IMG/VR virus record: IMGVR_UViG_3300031673_000073
Coordinates: 1 to 50,265 of that record
Source of the DNA: a virus
Taxonomy: Duplodnaviria; Caudoviricetes
Direction: 5' to 3' (one strand)
Length of the DNA: 50,265 nt
Under the pieces are notes generated by a model that worked only from the letters and a program-made list of their open reading frames with translations, did no database searches and was not told where the DNA came from. Of the stretch, positions 27,026 through 36,693 are shown piece after piece (within the stretch, counting starts at the first letter, position 1; the number at the start of each line of letters is the position of its first letter). The translations under genes and the position numbers were made by a program.

Positions 27026-27430
27026 TTATATAATTGCTCCTCTAACAAAAGCCATGAAGTTCATACCCCACTGGACTCTATTTTTCTCATCAACACCTAA
27101 TAAATATGGTGCCGATGATATATCTACGATATTAAATACAAGTATCGTCGCGAGTTGTATTCCGTTTTGCGCGTGTAACAGAGTTCGTATATCCCCAACC
27201 TTGCCTTCCGATTCGGATGTGTCTTCCGATGAAGCAATTACCTGAAAGGCTTTATTAGTAGTTGGTATCTCCCGTTCTCCCGCTGTAGGCGTCGGGGTTA
27301 ATACGATTACTTTATTCATATTACCGGGGCGCCTCGCTACAAATATTCCCCATCCAGTATCAGTATCTAGACCAACTGTCCCTATTCCACCAGTAGCAAG
27401 ATGATCTGCTAGTTCGATTAAAAAGCTCAT
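27026..27430 (-). CDS. Tail terminator/minor capsid-like protein
   Basis: LADHLATGGIG, FQVI, LGVDEKNR...NF motifs; position. Confidence 0.75.
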   Translation of the reverse strand: MSFLIELADHLATGGIGTVGLDTDTGWGIFVARRPGNMNKVIVLTPTPTAGEREIPTTNKAFQVIASSEDTSESEGKVGDIRTLLHAQNGIQLATILVFNIVDISSAPYLLGVDEKNRVQWGMNFMAFVRGAII

Positions 27431-27813
27431 AATATTTCCTTAATTCTCTTACCAATTCTATTCAAGAGTTCCGGGGCCTGTTCGTTTATCGGGTCAGATA
27501 AAAACCCTGCTTTACCATGTTTATAATTAATAAATCTATTCTCGTGAACCCTAAGAGCATAATCTCTTGTATATCTTATACCAGAAACAAATGTATTTCC
27601 TTCTGCTCTCGCAGGTTCGAGTATTGCCGAAGCCCTAAGTGCTCCCGTCTTTACCGGAACCTGTTCTTGCGATTGTCGAAATACTTCCTCTGTATGATCC
27701 TGTAGTCCTTTAATTATTTGTATACGAGTAGCAGCCTCAAGGGTGCCGAGCCTTCTAAAGAAATCAGTGACATCTACGACTTCAAACCGCGCATTCATTA
27801 ATGGAATACTCAT
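27427..27813 (-). CDS. HK97 gp10-like tail completion protein
   Basis: VPVKTGALRAS, YALRVHE, GKAGFL. Confidence 0.85.
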   Translation of the reverse strand: MSIPLMNARFEVVDVTDFFRRLGTLEAATRIQIIKGLQDHTEEVFRQSQEQVPVKTGALRASAILEPARAEGNTFVSGIRYTRDYALRVHENRFINYKHGKAGFLSDPINEQAPELLNRIGKRIKEIL

Positions 27814-28121
27814 TAAACTATTACCTCTTTATGATGTATAACCCCATTACCACCTGGCACACTTTCAACTCTTATTACATCTTCCTCCCTGCCATCCGGG
27901 AGAACTACTCGATCATTAGAAGTTATCACTACACTTGGCTGTAGAAATATTCTCGCTATAGTTTTAGTAATCTTTCCGGATACATCAAACATCTCCTCAT
28001 CAATATATTCTATCCTCGCTGAGTAATTTACCACAGATCCGAATCCCTTATCTCCATATGCGCTATTACTACTTCGCGTCTTAATACCTACCGTCTGATT
28101 TATAAGAGAATCAAATGACAT
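27813..28121 (-). CDS. Head closure protein
   Basis: Size and position; ends HHKEVIV. Confidence 0.7.
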   Translation of the reverse strand: MSFDSLINQTVGIKTRSSNSAYGDKGFGSVVNYSARIEYIDEEMFDVSGKITKTIARIFLQPSVVITSNDRVVLPDGREEDVIRVESVPGGNGVIHHKEVIV

Positions 28122-28732
28122 TATGTACCTCGCATAGATGATTCTATATCTCGACGTTTATAATCTTCAATCATAGTCCAAATATTTTTTGGAATATATG
28201 TACTCTCCTTAACTGCGTTGGGATCTTTTCTGTATTGATAATTACCAATCTTCTCAGAAATAATCTCCGATGATACGACCGTTGGATTATTAACGATATA
28301 TCCAACCATTAATATTGCCGCAAAGTTTACTTCGGCCGGTATCGTTGTATACCCTGCCGTATATATTATCTCATAATTTCTGTCTCCCCGAGTAAAAAGT
28401 GGTAAAGATCGATATATCCTCGGAGTATCATCTGTAACACTTTTAATTTTTATAATACCTTCAATCAAATACGTGGCTATGGATTCAAGATCTACCGATA
28501 TATCATCCTCCTTGATGCTGGTAATAGAGATAATCGGATAATTATAAAGTCGGATACTCCTCGAATCAGTTCCGTCCCGAACTTCGGTATAAACCGTTTC
28601 GCGAAGATCGCGATCAAGCGCTCTATTAAATATAGCTGTAACCCTCGGGATATCAGCAGTTATAGCGACATCTTTGCTCGCATCAAACCCGAAGTGAGCC
28701 TTGACTTCTGCTATCGCACAATAGTCGGACAT
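28121..28732 (-). CDS. Head-tail connector (gp6-like)
   Basis: Y....EVK, YP..SITSI, YTAGY..IP..V..A, SEKIGNY. Confidence 0.85.
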   Translation of the reverse strand: MSDYCAIAEVKAHFGFDASKDVAITADIPRVTAIFNRALDRDLRETVYTEVRDGTDSRSIRLYNYPIISITSIKEDDISVDLESIATYLIEGIIKIKSVTDDTPRIYRSLPLFTRGDRNYEIIYTAGYTTIPAEVNFAAILMVGYIVNNPTVVSSEIISEKIGNYQYRKDPNAVKESTYIPKNIWTMIEDYKRRDIESSMRGT

Positions 28733-29241
28733 TACACTCCCTTCTTACCTTTCTTATTCCCTGGCTTTTTATCACCAGTATCATTATCTTTTGGATCTTT
28801 TGGGATTTCCTTTTTTCCCGTTCCGGATAATTCACCCTTAATTAATTTCCATCCTCTCCGAATTAGATCTCGAACATTGGATTCTTTTCTTACATAAGCA
28901 ATACGTTTTACTACCGGCGCAACTTCAGTATAAAAATATTCAGTCCAGTTAGTACCAGGTTCCTTTTCTGGAGCCTCGATCTGATATGGATATTCTAAAT
29001 AGTCCATATTTTTCTCGGGAATTTTCTTCTTCTTCGGCTCTACTTTTTTTAATGATTCTGGATTGGTAGATTTATCCACTGGTTTAATACCAGGATCATT
29101 AGTTGATGTTTCATTCGGAACACGATTAACATTCTTTTTATCTCCCGTACTTTTCACAGCACTATCTTCAGTTTTCTCTTTCGGAATGGGTTTGCTAGTG
29201 TTTTCTGTGTTCTCGATTTTAGTCGTTTTGTCTACCATCAT
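28732..29241 (-). CDS. Lys/Pro-rich hypothetical protein
   Basis: GAGGAGG RBS; TAATG coupling to the connector gene. Confidence 0.6.
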   Translation of the reverse strand: MMVDKTTKIENTENTSKPIPKEKTEDSAVKSTGDKKNVNRVPNETSTNDPGIKPVDKSTNPESLKKVEPKKKKIPEKNMDYLEYPYQIEAPEKEPGTNWTEYFYTEVAPVVKRIAYVRKESNVRDLIRRGWKLIKGELSGTGKKEIPKDPKDNDTGDKKPGNKKGKKGV

Positions 29242-29252
29242 ATCCTCCTCTT

Positions 29253-29699
29253 TTATTTACCTTCGGTTGTAATAAATACCGCCGCGCGGTCTTTTATCGT
29301 AGTTAAATCCGGAAATTCAATCTCTTCTATTAATTCTCTATCTGGTGTAATAAGCATCAATGTATCATCGGCATTAATTCTTTTGACGATCTCAGCGACG
29401 TTCTCTATTGGTACTACCATTATTATTAAACACGAAGTAGCCGGAGATCCGTCTTTGTCTGAATCATATGTGACGGTATCGCTACGTCGCAACATTCTAA
29501 TTTGATAAGATATCTTTGGTATCAGTCTTCCAGGTTTGATATCCACAGGAGCGCGGATTATGATTATAACATCATCCGCTTGCACAACTGATTTAGTGAG
29601 ATCTACCATTTCAGTATCATTTAACTTTACCACCGTTCCAGCTGTTACTGAATATGATATAGCGGTAAACAATAATATCAGCAATAGTAATTTACGCAT
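29253..29699 (-). CDS. Exported protein (signal peptide)
   Basis: MRKLLLLILLFTAISYSVTA|G. Confidence 0.75.
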   Translation of the reverse strand: MRKLLLLILLFTAISYSVTAGTVVKLNDTEMVDLTKSVVQADDVIIIIRAPVDIKPGRLIPKISYQIRMLRRSDTVTYDSDKDGSPATSCLIIMVVPIENVAEIVKRINADDTLMLITPDRELIEEIEFPDLTTIKDRAAVFITTEGK

Positions 29700-29711
29700 G
29701 TTCCCTCCACG

Positions 29712-30734
29712 TTAAAAACCAATTCCCATCATCATCAACGATCCGCGTGGCAACGATATTATCGACGGATATTCATAAGCGCCCATATCAAAATTACTGT
29801 TTTGTGGTCTCGTAGTTCCTTCGATGTCCGGTGTTATTCCGGTGGTATCACCAGCATCTATGTTCGCTTGGTCGCCGGCCATTTGCCATCCAGTAGGTAT
29901 TGCCGTGGATATTCCGGTGAATGTGATCGATGTAGCAAACAAATTTCCCGTTCCCCATCCACCAGTGTCAGTCTGTTGTTCGAAACAATTATAAGTATAA
30001 TTAGCTTTTGTTGGAGTACCACCAATATCAGTAGTATTGTCTTGATATAAATTATGTTTTATAATATCAGCCGCCCCGCCCGTTCCGGTTCCGACACTGC
30101 AATTCCTTATCGTATTACAGTTTATATTGAGCGTTGAACCAGCTGCTCCTAAAAAAGATATCCCAGCATCAGATATGTCATGTATATAATTCGTGCGTAT
30201 CGAATATGTCGAACCTGCATTTGAATTCGTGATAACTATTCCCGACTTTCCAGTTCCCAAAATATTGCAATTCTTGAACGTGAAATTGATAGCGCCAGAA
30301 CCAAGAATATTCGTGGTGTTGTTATTAGCTTTAGTGCAATCCAATGTCACATTGTCGATTACAACGACAACATTATTCGTTCCGGCATATCCGATTGGAT
30401 GAGTTGCCGCGTTCGTGAATGTAAAATCTGTATTATCGCCTTGCCCGAGTATAGTGATCGGTCCAACGCCGGCATTACCAAAACCAACGGCTCTGACTAT
30501 TGGAGTATTCCCTAGTTTATTCCGTAGAGTTCTCTCGCTACTAGGTAACCACGTTTCTGCATAAGTCCTGTCATCCTGGATTTCTAATATGTCGCCAGCC
30601 AATGAAACTGCTTCGGCAGGGGCAATAGCAGTATATCCACAACCACTTAGGCATATTGTTCTCAATGTAGGAGCACCGAACATTGATACACCGATCAACA
30701 TCGATAATAGGAACGCATAGATATTTTTAAACAT
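29712..30734 (-). CDS. Exported right-handed beta-helix (pectin-lyase-like) protein
   Basis: Signal MFKNIYAFLLSMLIGVSMFG|A; N/I/G-rich coils; IDAG...PDIEG..RPQ...DMGAYE. Confidence 0.75.
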   Translation of the reverse strand: MFKNIYAFLLSMLIGVSMFGAPTLRTICLSGCGYTAIAPAEAVSLAGDILEIQDDRTYAETWLPSSERTLRNKLGNTPIVRAVGFGNAGVGPITILGQGDNTDFTFTNAATHPIGYAGTNNVVVVIDNVTLDCTKANNNTTNILGSGAINFTFKNCNILGTGKSGIVITNSNAGSTYSIRTNYIHDISDAGISFLGAAGSTLNINCNTIRNCSVGTGTGGAADIIKHNLYQDNTTDIGGTPTKANYTYNCFEQQTDTGGWGTGNLFATSITFTGISTAIPTGWQMAGDQANIDAGDTTGITPDIEGTTRPQNSNFDMGAYEYPSIISLPRGSLMMMGIGF

Positions 30735-31621
30735 CAGTAGTCTCCTATCGTAGGATATGAAGTCCCGAGCGAACTCCTGAATCTAATGGAATCGATCCAG
30801 CAATTACATTCAAGCGTTCCATCTGATTTTGCTCCAACATAACTGACTTGATTTGTCGGTTGTGTCGTTGCCGCGCTTGTTAATCTTTCTGTACCATCGA
30901 CCAATAATTTAGTTCCATATCCAACACCGCCCATTTCAAGCTCGAGGTGATACCATGTGCTTTCATTTATTCCAGTCCACCAGCCAGGAGCGCCGTTATT
31001 AAATGACAGCTGGCTCCAAGCCGCAAGCAAATTATTGCTTCCGGATTCCCATATGCGTTTAAAGTTTCCGTTCCAAGCAATAGCTCCACGATTGAACCAC
31101 ACCTCAACAACGTATATTGTTTCTGTTATAGCAGATGATGAATAAATATAATCACCACCACCTTCTAATATAGGTCCAAAGGCATATGATCCTTCTTTGA
31201 CAGTAACCGCATCGAATGGCACAGTTCCGTTTTCAGTCCACGCATACACTCCTTTAAGATCTGAAAAATCATTTTCCGCCAACATCATTGCCAGCGTTCC
31301 TTGCCTGACTACCTTTGTAGGAGTATTAATATCATCAACTATGTAATCGTAAGTATCTGAATTGATAGAATTGGCAATCCAATCGGTGAGCGTAATTGAT
31401 ACCGCTATATCAAGAACGGCATTAGAACCTTCGCAAGTAACCGCTCCCGTTTCAGCGCTTGACCATGTAACCCCGGCATCCCTCGCGACCACCACTGTAG
31501 ATATACAATGATCGCACGTTCCTGCATCAATGATATAACAGAGATCTACTTCCGAAGTGGCAGCCATAGCCGCACCTGCGACCATGACCGCCATTAAAGA
31601 TGACCATATTTTTTTAATCAT
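30734..31621 (-). CDS. Exported protein with C-terminal LamG/ConA-like domain
   Basis: Signal MIKKIWSSLMAVMVAGAAMA|A; VEVWF, WYHL, LLVDG, IDSIRF. Confidence 0.75.
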   Translation of the reverse strand: MIKKIWSSLMAVMVAGAAMAATSEVDLCYIIDAGTCDHCISTVVVARDAGVTWSSAETGAVTCEGSNAVLDIAVSITLTDWIANSINSDTYDYIVDDINTPTKVVRQGTLAMMLAENDFSDLKGVYAWTENGTVPFDAVTVKEGSYAFGPILEGGGDYIYSSSAITETIYVVEVWFNRGAIAWNGNFKRIWESGSNNLLAAWSQLSFNNGAPGWWTGINESTWYHLELEMGGVGYGTKLLVDGTERLTSAATTQPTNQVSYVGAKSDGTLECNCWIDSIRFRSSLGTSYPTIGDY

Positions 31622-31629
31622 ATTTCTCC

Positions 31630-33432
31630 TCAGTCAACCAAGATATATGTGAAACTTCCATCACATGATACCGCTCCGCTCAACTCCATATTCAATAAAG
31701 TATTCGTTCCGGTTTCAAACCATCCTAGCGGATTGTAAGGTAGAACGAATCCCTCGTTTGCTATGAGTTCCATCTGACCTGTCAATGCAGTTCCCCCTGC
31801 TCCGCTCTCGAACCTAACAGTTACCGCGCCAGCAGCGACCATGAATAATGATAGCACTCTGATCTTTTTCCCGGCAACAGCAGTCTTTAATGTATTATCA
31901 CCCGCTCCTGCATAATCTATGATCGCTCTCGCTGAAGCAATAACAGTAGTTCCCTGCATCAATCCGTCCGTACTAACCAGCGCGGCAACGGCATCAGTTG
32001 TAGCGGCCAATGCCGGGCTTGATTCTACATCTACCTGTACTGCCCCGCCAGCATCCACTTTAACGGTTTGTATATTACCACCGGTAGTTCCGGAAATAAG
32101 AATCGGATCGCCAGCCGTTCCAATTGCCGCACCGTCCGCACCGGAACCCTGAACAATTGCGGCATCAGATCCCGTTGCATTATCTATTATAGTAGTAACC
32201 GGAGCTTGATCACTCGCTATCACTACTGGCAAAGATGCTGCCGATGCAGCTGCACCCTGGGAAGGTATCTTTGTGTCAAGCGATGTTGTGTCACCTGCTA
32301 TCACTCCCGTATCTGTATCTATTGTCGCAAGAGTTGCTTGAGTAGCAAGAGCGACACCACCATCCCCCGATACTTCGAGATCACCCGTTCCGGAAAGGCT
32401 TGACATATTAGTTCCATCAGTCAACCGGACAAGAATTCCATCATATACTGCGCCATTATCTATCATCATGCTTTCAGATCCATCGGTGAGACCAACGGAT
32501 TGTCCCGCTGCTATACTGACAGCTTCCGTGAATCCAATATCACCATCAATTGTTAAACTATTCCCTCCATCCTGAATATTAACAGCGGATCCCGCCCCGG
32601 CATTATTGATAGTTACATCTCCGATATCAGTTCCGCTAACAAGCTTCCCATCTATACTTGATAAACTTCCATTACCAGTCGTTTGATTAGCTGATGTAGC
32701 TGCACCAGTAGGTAGAGATACAGTTCCGGAAACATTCGTTATGTTCCATGTTCCACTTTGAGTTGCAGCGACCGATCCATCAACTGTAAGCGATCCTCCG
32801 TTATCGTCAACGCTGAGCAACCCTGTTGAATCAGTTGGCAACGTAACCAATATTGCAGATGCTTCCAATCCTCCGCCGACTGATATCTTTCCATCAATCG
32901 AAGTCGTATCTCCCGATATTACTCCAAGAGCTGTATTTGTAACTGTAACACCTGCATCGATCGCATCTAGGGAAGCGTTCCCAACTGTAACGCCAGCATC
33001 GATCGCATTCAATGATGTGTTAGACACTGTAACTCCTGCGTCAATAGCATCAAGAGAAGTATTTGCGATAACCTGATTAGCAGATGTTGCTGTTATAGTG
33101 TTGAGTTGAGCAGATATAACTCCTAACCATCCGTTGCCAGTATTCGATCTCCAATCAAGTTGAGCCAGAGTTTCTTGTTCTGCCGGATTGATAGTATTAC
33201 CTAGTGCATCAAGTATATATGATGCAGTTGGTAATGTATTACCTCCAGCCGAAATTATAAGATATCCTTCGTCGGTCATGCGCTGATTTCGCATTTCACC
33301 GCTGGCATTTATGCCTCCGTTACCAACATTGCGATTTGCGTCTCTCTTTAATATTTCCTCGGTCGCCTGTAAACCATTAGTCGTAAACAAGACCAGGCCG
33401 GCGACCAACACGCCTATAATTAATTTTCTCAT
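31630..33432 (-). CDS. Exported fiber-like G/T/A/S/D-rich protein with 14-aa repeats
   Basis: Signal MRKLIIGVLVAGLVLFTTNGLQA|T; N(T/A)SL(D/N)AIDAGVTV x3; globular C-terminal domain. Confidence 0.75.
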   Translation of the reverse strand: MRKLIIGVLVAGLVLFTTNGLQATEEILKRDANRNVGNGGINASGEMRNQRMTDEGYLIISAGGNTLPTASYILDALGNTINPAEQETLAQLDWRSNTGNGWLGVISAQLNTITATSANQVIANTSLDAIDAGVTVSNTSLNAIDAGVTVGNASLDAIDAGVTVTNTALGVISGDTTSIDGKISVGGGLEASAILVTLPTDSTGLLSVDDNGGSLTVDGSVAATQSGTWNITNVSGTVSLPTGAATSANQTTGNGSLSSIDGKLVSGTDIGDVTINNAGAGSAVNIQDGGNSLTIDGDIGFTEAVSIAAGQSVGLTDGSESMMIDNGAVYDGILVRLTDGTNMSSLSGTGDLEVSGDGGVALATQATLATIDTDTGVIAGDTTSLDTKIPSQGAAASAASLPVVIASDQAPVTTIIDNATGSDAAIVQGSGADGAAIGTAGDPILISGTTGGNIQTVKVDAGGAVQVDVESSPALAATTDAVAALVSTDGLMQGTTVIASARAIIDYAGAGDNTLKTAVAGKKIRVLSLFMVAAGAVTVRFESGAGGTALTGQMELIANEGFVLPYNPLGWFETGTNTLLNMELSGAVSCDGSFTYILVD

Positions 33433-33466
33433 TTTATACTTCCTCCTTAATGTTGGTTGCCGGCCT

Positions 33467-33489
33467 GGGGGACGGATTATCCGTCCCCC
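33467..33489. other. Perfect GC-rich intergenic hairpin
   Basis: GGGGGACGGAT-T-ATCCGTCCCCC; no U-tract on the minus strand. Confidence 0.7.
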
Positions 33490-33498
33490 TTAACCAGA

Positions 33499-34563
33499 TT
33501 AGTCCCTTATATCACATTCGATATCTGCCGTCTGAGTTGCACTTGATTTTAACCGGGCCCATCCATTAAAGCCACTATAGGCCGGAACTATAAAAATTTC
33601 GGGCGTTGTCGCCGTAGCCGAAGTTATCGTAACGGCTGAATCAATACTCCTTATTAGCGCGGGATTAAGCGCCTCTTTGGCCTGTGTGTAATGCGTTTCT
33701 ATTTCTGTAAGCGTAGGTGAATCACCTAAGACCATCTCGACACTATCGATCTTTCCGGCGAAAGTAGTCGTAGCTGATTTCGCAGCGCCCACGTTAAGCG
33801 ATACTGCATTACTAAGCGTTAGAGCGGCATTAGTTACCGTAGCTGTTGCGGCCAATACACCATCAACATTAATGGTAAGAGCCGTTCCCCTACGGACGAA
33901 CCATGCTAAATGCCATACGCTGTCATCGTACTCGGTGGTAGTCGTAGCCACATCGGTAGTCGCTCCGCTATCATCGCTGATACTAAATACCAGCGTACCC
34001 GTAGCACTTAGATAAGCTTCATACCCGGTCTCATTTCTGCTTGTACCATCTTTCTTATTAAAGAGATGGTCGATATCGGCACTCGTTGTATGATTAAACC
34101 ATACACCTAATGCAAAGTCTCCCGTCCCTACATCAAAATAAGCATTATCTGGTACAGTCAACCAGGTATTAGCTACGGCCGTCAGATCGAACCCGAGCCC
34201 ACCTACACCAGCGGTTGTCGACATAACGGTAGTGGTATTCGATGCGAAATCCGCACCGTTTCCGTGATTCCCTACAACCGTTGATACGGCCGCTTCCGAG
34301 CAATATAGATGAACACTATATGCCGAATCGGAAACCCCTGGTAATATTGGCATCGCCCCAGATCCGAGATTTGCACGAGTATATTCTACCGTAATGGCAG
34401 AACTCACCCTAGTAGGAACTCGAACCGAGAACGCATTACCAGATACGTATGCGGAACTCGATACCGTAGGATCCTTGCTAACATCGAACGTAACGATATC
34501 GGCAAGGACTATGCTTGGTAACGCAAATAGAAGCGCTACCAAAAAACAAGTCACTTTTCTCAT
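33499..34563 (-). CDS. Exported LamG/ConA-like lectin-domain protein
   Basis: Signal MRKVTCFLVALLFALPSIVLA|D; GDFALGVWF, DDSVWHL, NVDG, FAGKID. Confidence 0.8.
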   Translation of the reverse strand: MRKVTCFLVALLFALPSIVLADIVTFDVSKDPTVSSSAYVSGNAFSVRVPTRVSSAITVEYTRANLGSGAMPILPGVSDSAYSVHLYCSEAAVSTVVGNHGNGADFASNTTTVMSTTAGVGGLGFDLTAVANTWLTVPDNAYFDVGTGDFALGVWFNHTTSADIDHLFNKKDGTSRNETGYEAYLSATGTLVFSISDDSGATTDVATTTTEYDDSVWHLAWFVRRGTALTINVDGVLAATATVTNAALTLSNAVSLNVGAAKSATTTFAGKIDSVEMVLGDSPTLTEIETHYTQAKEALNPALIRSIDSAVTITSATATTPEIFIVPAYSGFNGWARLKSSATQTADIECDIRD

Positions 34564-34584
34564 CTTACTATCCTCCTTTTTTTA

Positions 34585-34614
34585 GGCGGGGGGAGGTTTA
34601 TCCTCCCCACCACC
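34585..34614 (-). other. Hairpin downstream of the major capsid gene
   Basis: GGTGG-T-GGGGAGG-ATAAA-CCTCCCC-CCGCC on the minus strand, followed by an A-run rather than a U-run. Confidence 0.55.
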
Positions 34615-34639
34615 GATTAACTATACCAGTTTCGTAAAA

Positions 34640-35563
34640 TTACGCCGCTGGGATTATCCTTTTGATCTGCGAAGTCTTTACAGGGTTCTTATAAACGAGG
34701 GTCAGATCCTCAAATATTTCGAACGCATCGAATTGCGATGAGGTTTTAGCGAGATTAACAAACGTCAACGGAGTCAATTCACCAATAAAAACCTCGGTAG
34801 TATCGAGAATATAAATCCTCGATTCGTTTCCGCCACCTTCTGTTATTGAAATAGAATTGGATGTATAGATCGGGATACCATCATAAGTTTTCAAGCGGAA
34901 ACCGCCATTAACTTCAATGATATCATTAAAGCGCTGTTTGCTCTGATTCAGGGCATTAAGTTCCCGAGCAGTACGTTTTGATGTAATGATCATATCAGCG
35001 TTGCCTTTCACAAGGTCAATCGCCTCATCCATCGCCGCGAGAGTAAGTTCGGTTCCTAACAGATCGAGTGTCTGTCCGGCCTGCGCATCAAGTAGGATTT
35101 TAAGACCATCGTATTCTTTCGGGGATCCGGTTGCATCGCCATTTATTAAAGCATCCTCCTCGAGATCCTTAATAACCTGCATACCGTTTTCGATTTCATC
35201 CATCAAAAGATCTCCGAAAGTTCGACCAACCGCCTGGGCCTTCCTCGTTACCTGGCCCTGAAAAGCAGGGGTCTTGTACGGGAAAGCAGTCCGAGTATAC
35301 GTTCCGTTAGAATTGTTAAGCGTTTCTGTATCATTAACAAACGCTCCTGCTCCACGATCCGTTCTGCGAGTAACGTTCCAGTTCTCGCCGCTCCCACCTT
35401 TACGCATTAGATTCTGACGTAGCGGGTTACGGACTTCGATAAGATCGGCTATGACGACATCGATCTCTTCTACGGTAAGAACACCACTAACCGCAGCCTG
35501 ATCAAGCGCTTTAGCGACCTCGTCCTGATTTATCCGTGTATTCCAAATATCGTTTCTCCACAT
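34640..35563 (-). CDS. Major capsid protein (HK97 fold)
   Basis: Follows protease; NPLR, EEDALING...EYDGL, YDGIPI, LAKT motifs; GGAGGTGA RBS. Confidence 0.9.
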   Translation of the reverse strand: MWRNDIWNTRINQDEVAKALDQAAVSGVLTVEEIDVVIADLIEVRNPLRQNLMRKGGSGENWNVTRRTDRGAGAFVNDTETLNNSNGTYTRTAFPYKTPAFQGQVTRKAQAVGRTFGDLLMDEIENGMQVIKDLEEDALINGDATGSPKEYDGLKILLDAQAGQTLDLLGTELTLAAMDEAIDLVKGNADMIITSKRTARELNALNQSKQRFNDIIEVNGGFRLKTYDGIPIYTSNSISITEGGGNESRIYILDTTEVFIGELTPLTFVNLAKTSSQFDAFEIFEDLTLVYKNPVKTSQIKRIIPAA

Positions 35564-35592
35564 TCTGAATCACCTCCGTTTCGTTAATAATA

Positions 35593-36690
35593 TTACCAAA
35601 GTTTCTCACCCTGACGTCCCATCGTCTTAGCGATAAGATATACCAATCTATTCCCGGCGGGTATATCAGCCGCTTTAAGAACAGGAGCCTCGGTTTCCAC
35701 CTGGCTCGTTTCACCTTTCGGTTTCGCGAGTGCCTTAGCAACCTCGGCCGCTACGCGCGCCTCAAACATCTCCGGAGTAATAGCCTGAACCGTAACCGAT
35801 TCATTCGTCTTTGCGGATTCCGTGATAGTCTTAACCGCATCAACGACCGCCGGCTTTTTACCAGATAGAATATCTATCTGTGCCGTAAGGGCCTTAAGCG
35901 TATCACCTATAACTGATAATGCTTTACCACTTTCGTCCGGTTTCACTTCCGCAGGAGTTACCGCAGGATCTTCGACCGGAGCTACTGTTGAATCTACTAC
36001 CGGAGGAGTTCCCTCTGTCTTTACCGGCGGAGTTTCAACTGGCTGTCCACCTTCAGGCGCTCCCTCTTCGTTCTTGTTCACTACTTTTGACATTTTTTCC
36101 TTACCTCCCTCCATGATTGAATGATTTGCTATTGACTTACTGATCGCCGAGGCAAAGGACTTCTCTGCCTCAACTCTTTCGAAGCCCGTTACTCTCGCGG
36201 CGCGATTAGCGGCGATAGAAACGAGCGACACTTCCACGAGATCTATCTCATGGATTATAAATATCATTTCGTTTTTTGATTCATCCATCTTTCTCTCGAC
36301 CTTTAACGCTCTACCCCGGATCGAGAACTTAGATATAATACCTTCTTCGATCTTTCTCCGAATAGTGGGTTCAGTCTTAGATATACTAATTTTTACTTTA
36401 AGCCCCTTACCCTCGATGGCTTCCGCTTCTTCGATCTTCCCGATAGGCTTATCAGGATCATGGTTAAAAAGAGCGGTCGAGTTTTTCAATAAGCCTTTCG
36501 CCGCCTTCTTTAAAGCGTTAAATGTTATTACATCTCCCTGCTCGTCGAGATCCGATGTAGATGCAAACCCTTCTACAAAAAAATCATCTTCATCGATTTC
36601 CCCAAGCATCTGCTTTTTAATATCGAACTGAACATCTATCGGAAACACCCCCTCTAATACACCTATTTCTTCTACTACTGCCATCGACAT
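35593..36690 (-). CDS. HK97-type prohead protease with C-terminal scaffold-like region
   Basis: VEGFAST..LD.QGD, FNHD...PIG, FSI.G, LVEVSLVSIAAN. Confidence 0.92.
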   Translation of the reverse strand: MSMAVVEEIGVLEGVFPIDVQFDIKKQMLGEIDEDDFFVEGFASTSDLDEQGDVITFNALKKAAKGLLKNSTALFNHDPDKPIGKIEEAEAIEGKGLKVKISISKTEPTIRRKIEEGIISKFSIRGRALKVERKMDESKNEMIFIIHEIDLVEVSLVSIAANRAARVTGFERVEAEKSFASAISKSIANHSIMEGGKEKMSKVVNKNEEGAPEGGQPVETPPVKTEGTPPVVDSTVAPVEDPAVTPAEVKPDESGKALSVIGDTLKALTAQIDILSGKKPAVVDAVKTITESAKTNESVTVQAITPEMFEARVAAEVAKALAKPKGETSQVETEAPVLKAADIPAGNRLVYLIAKTMGRQGEKLW

Positions 36691-36693
36691 TTC

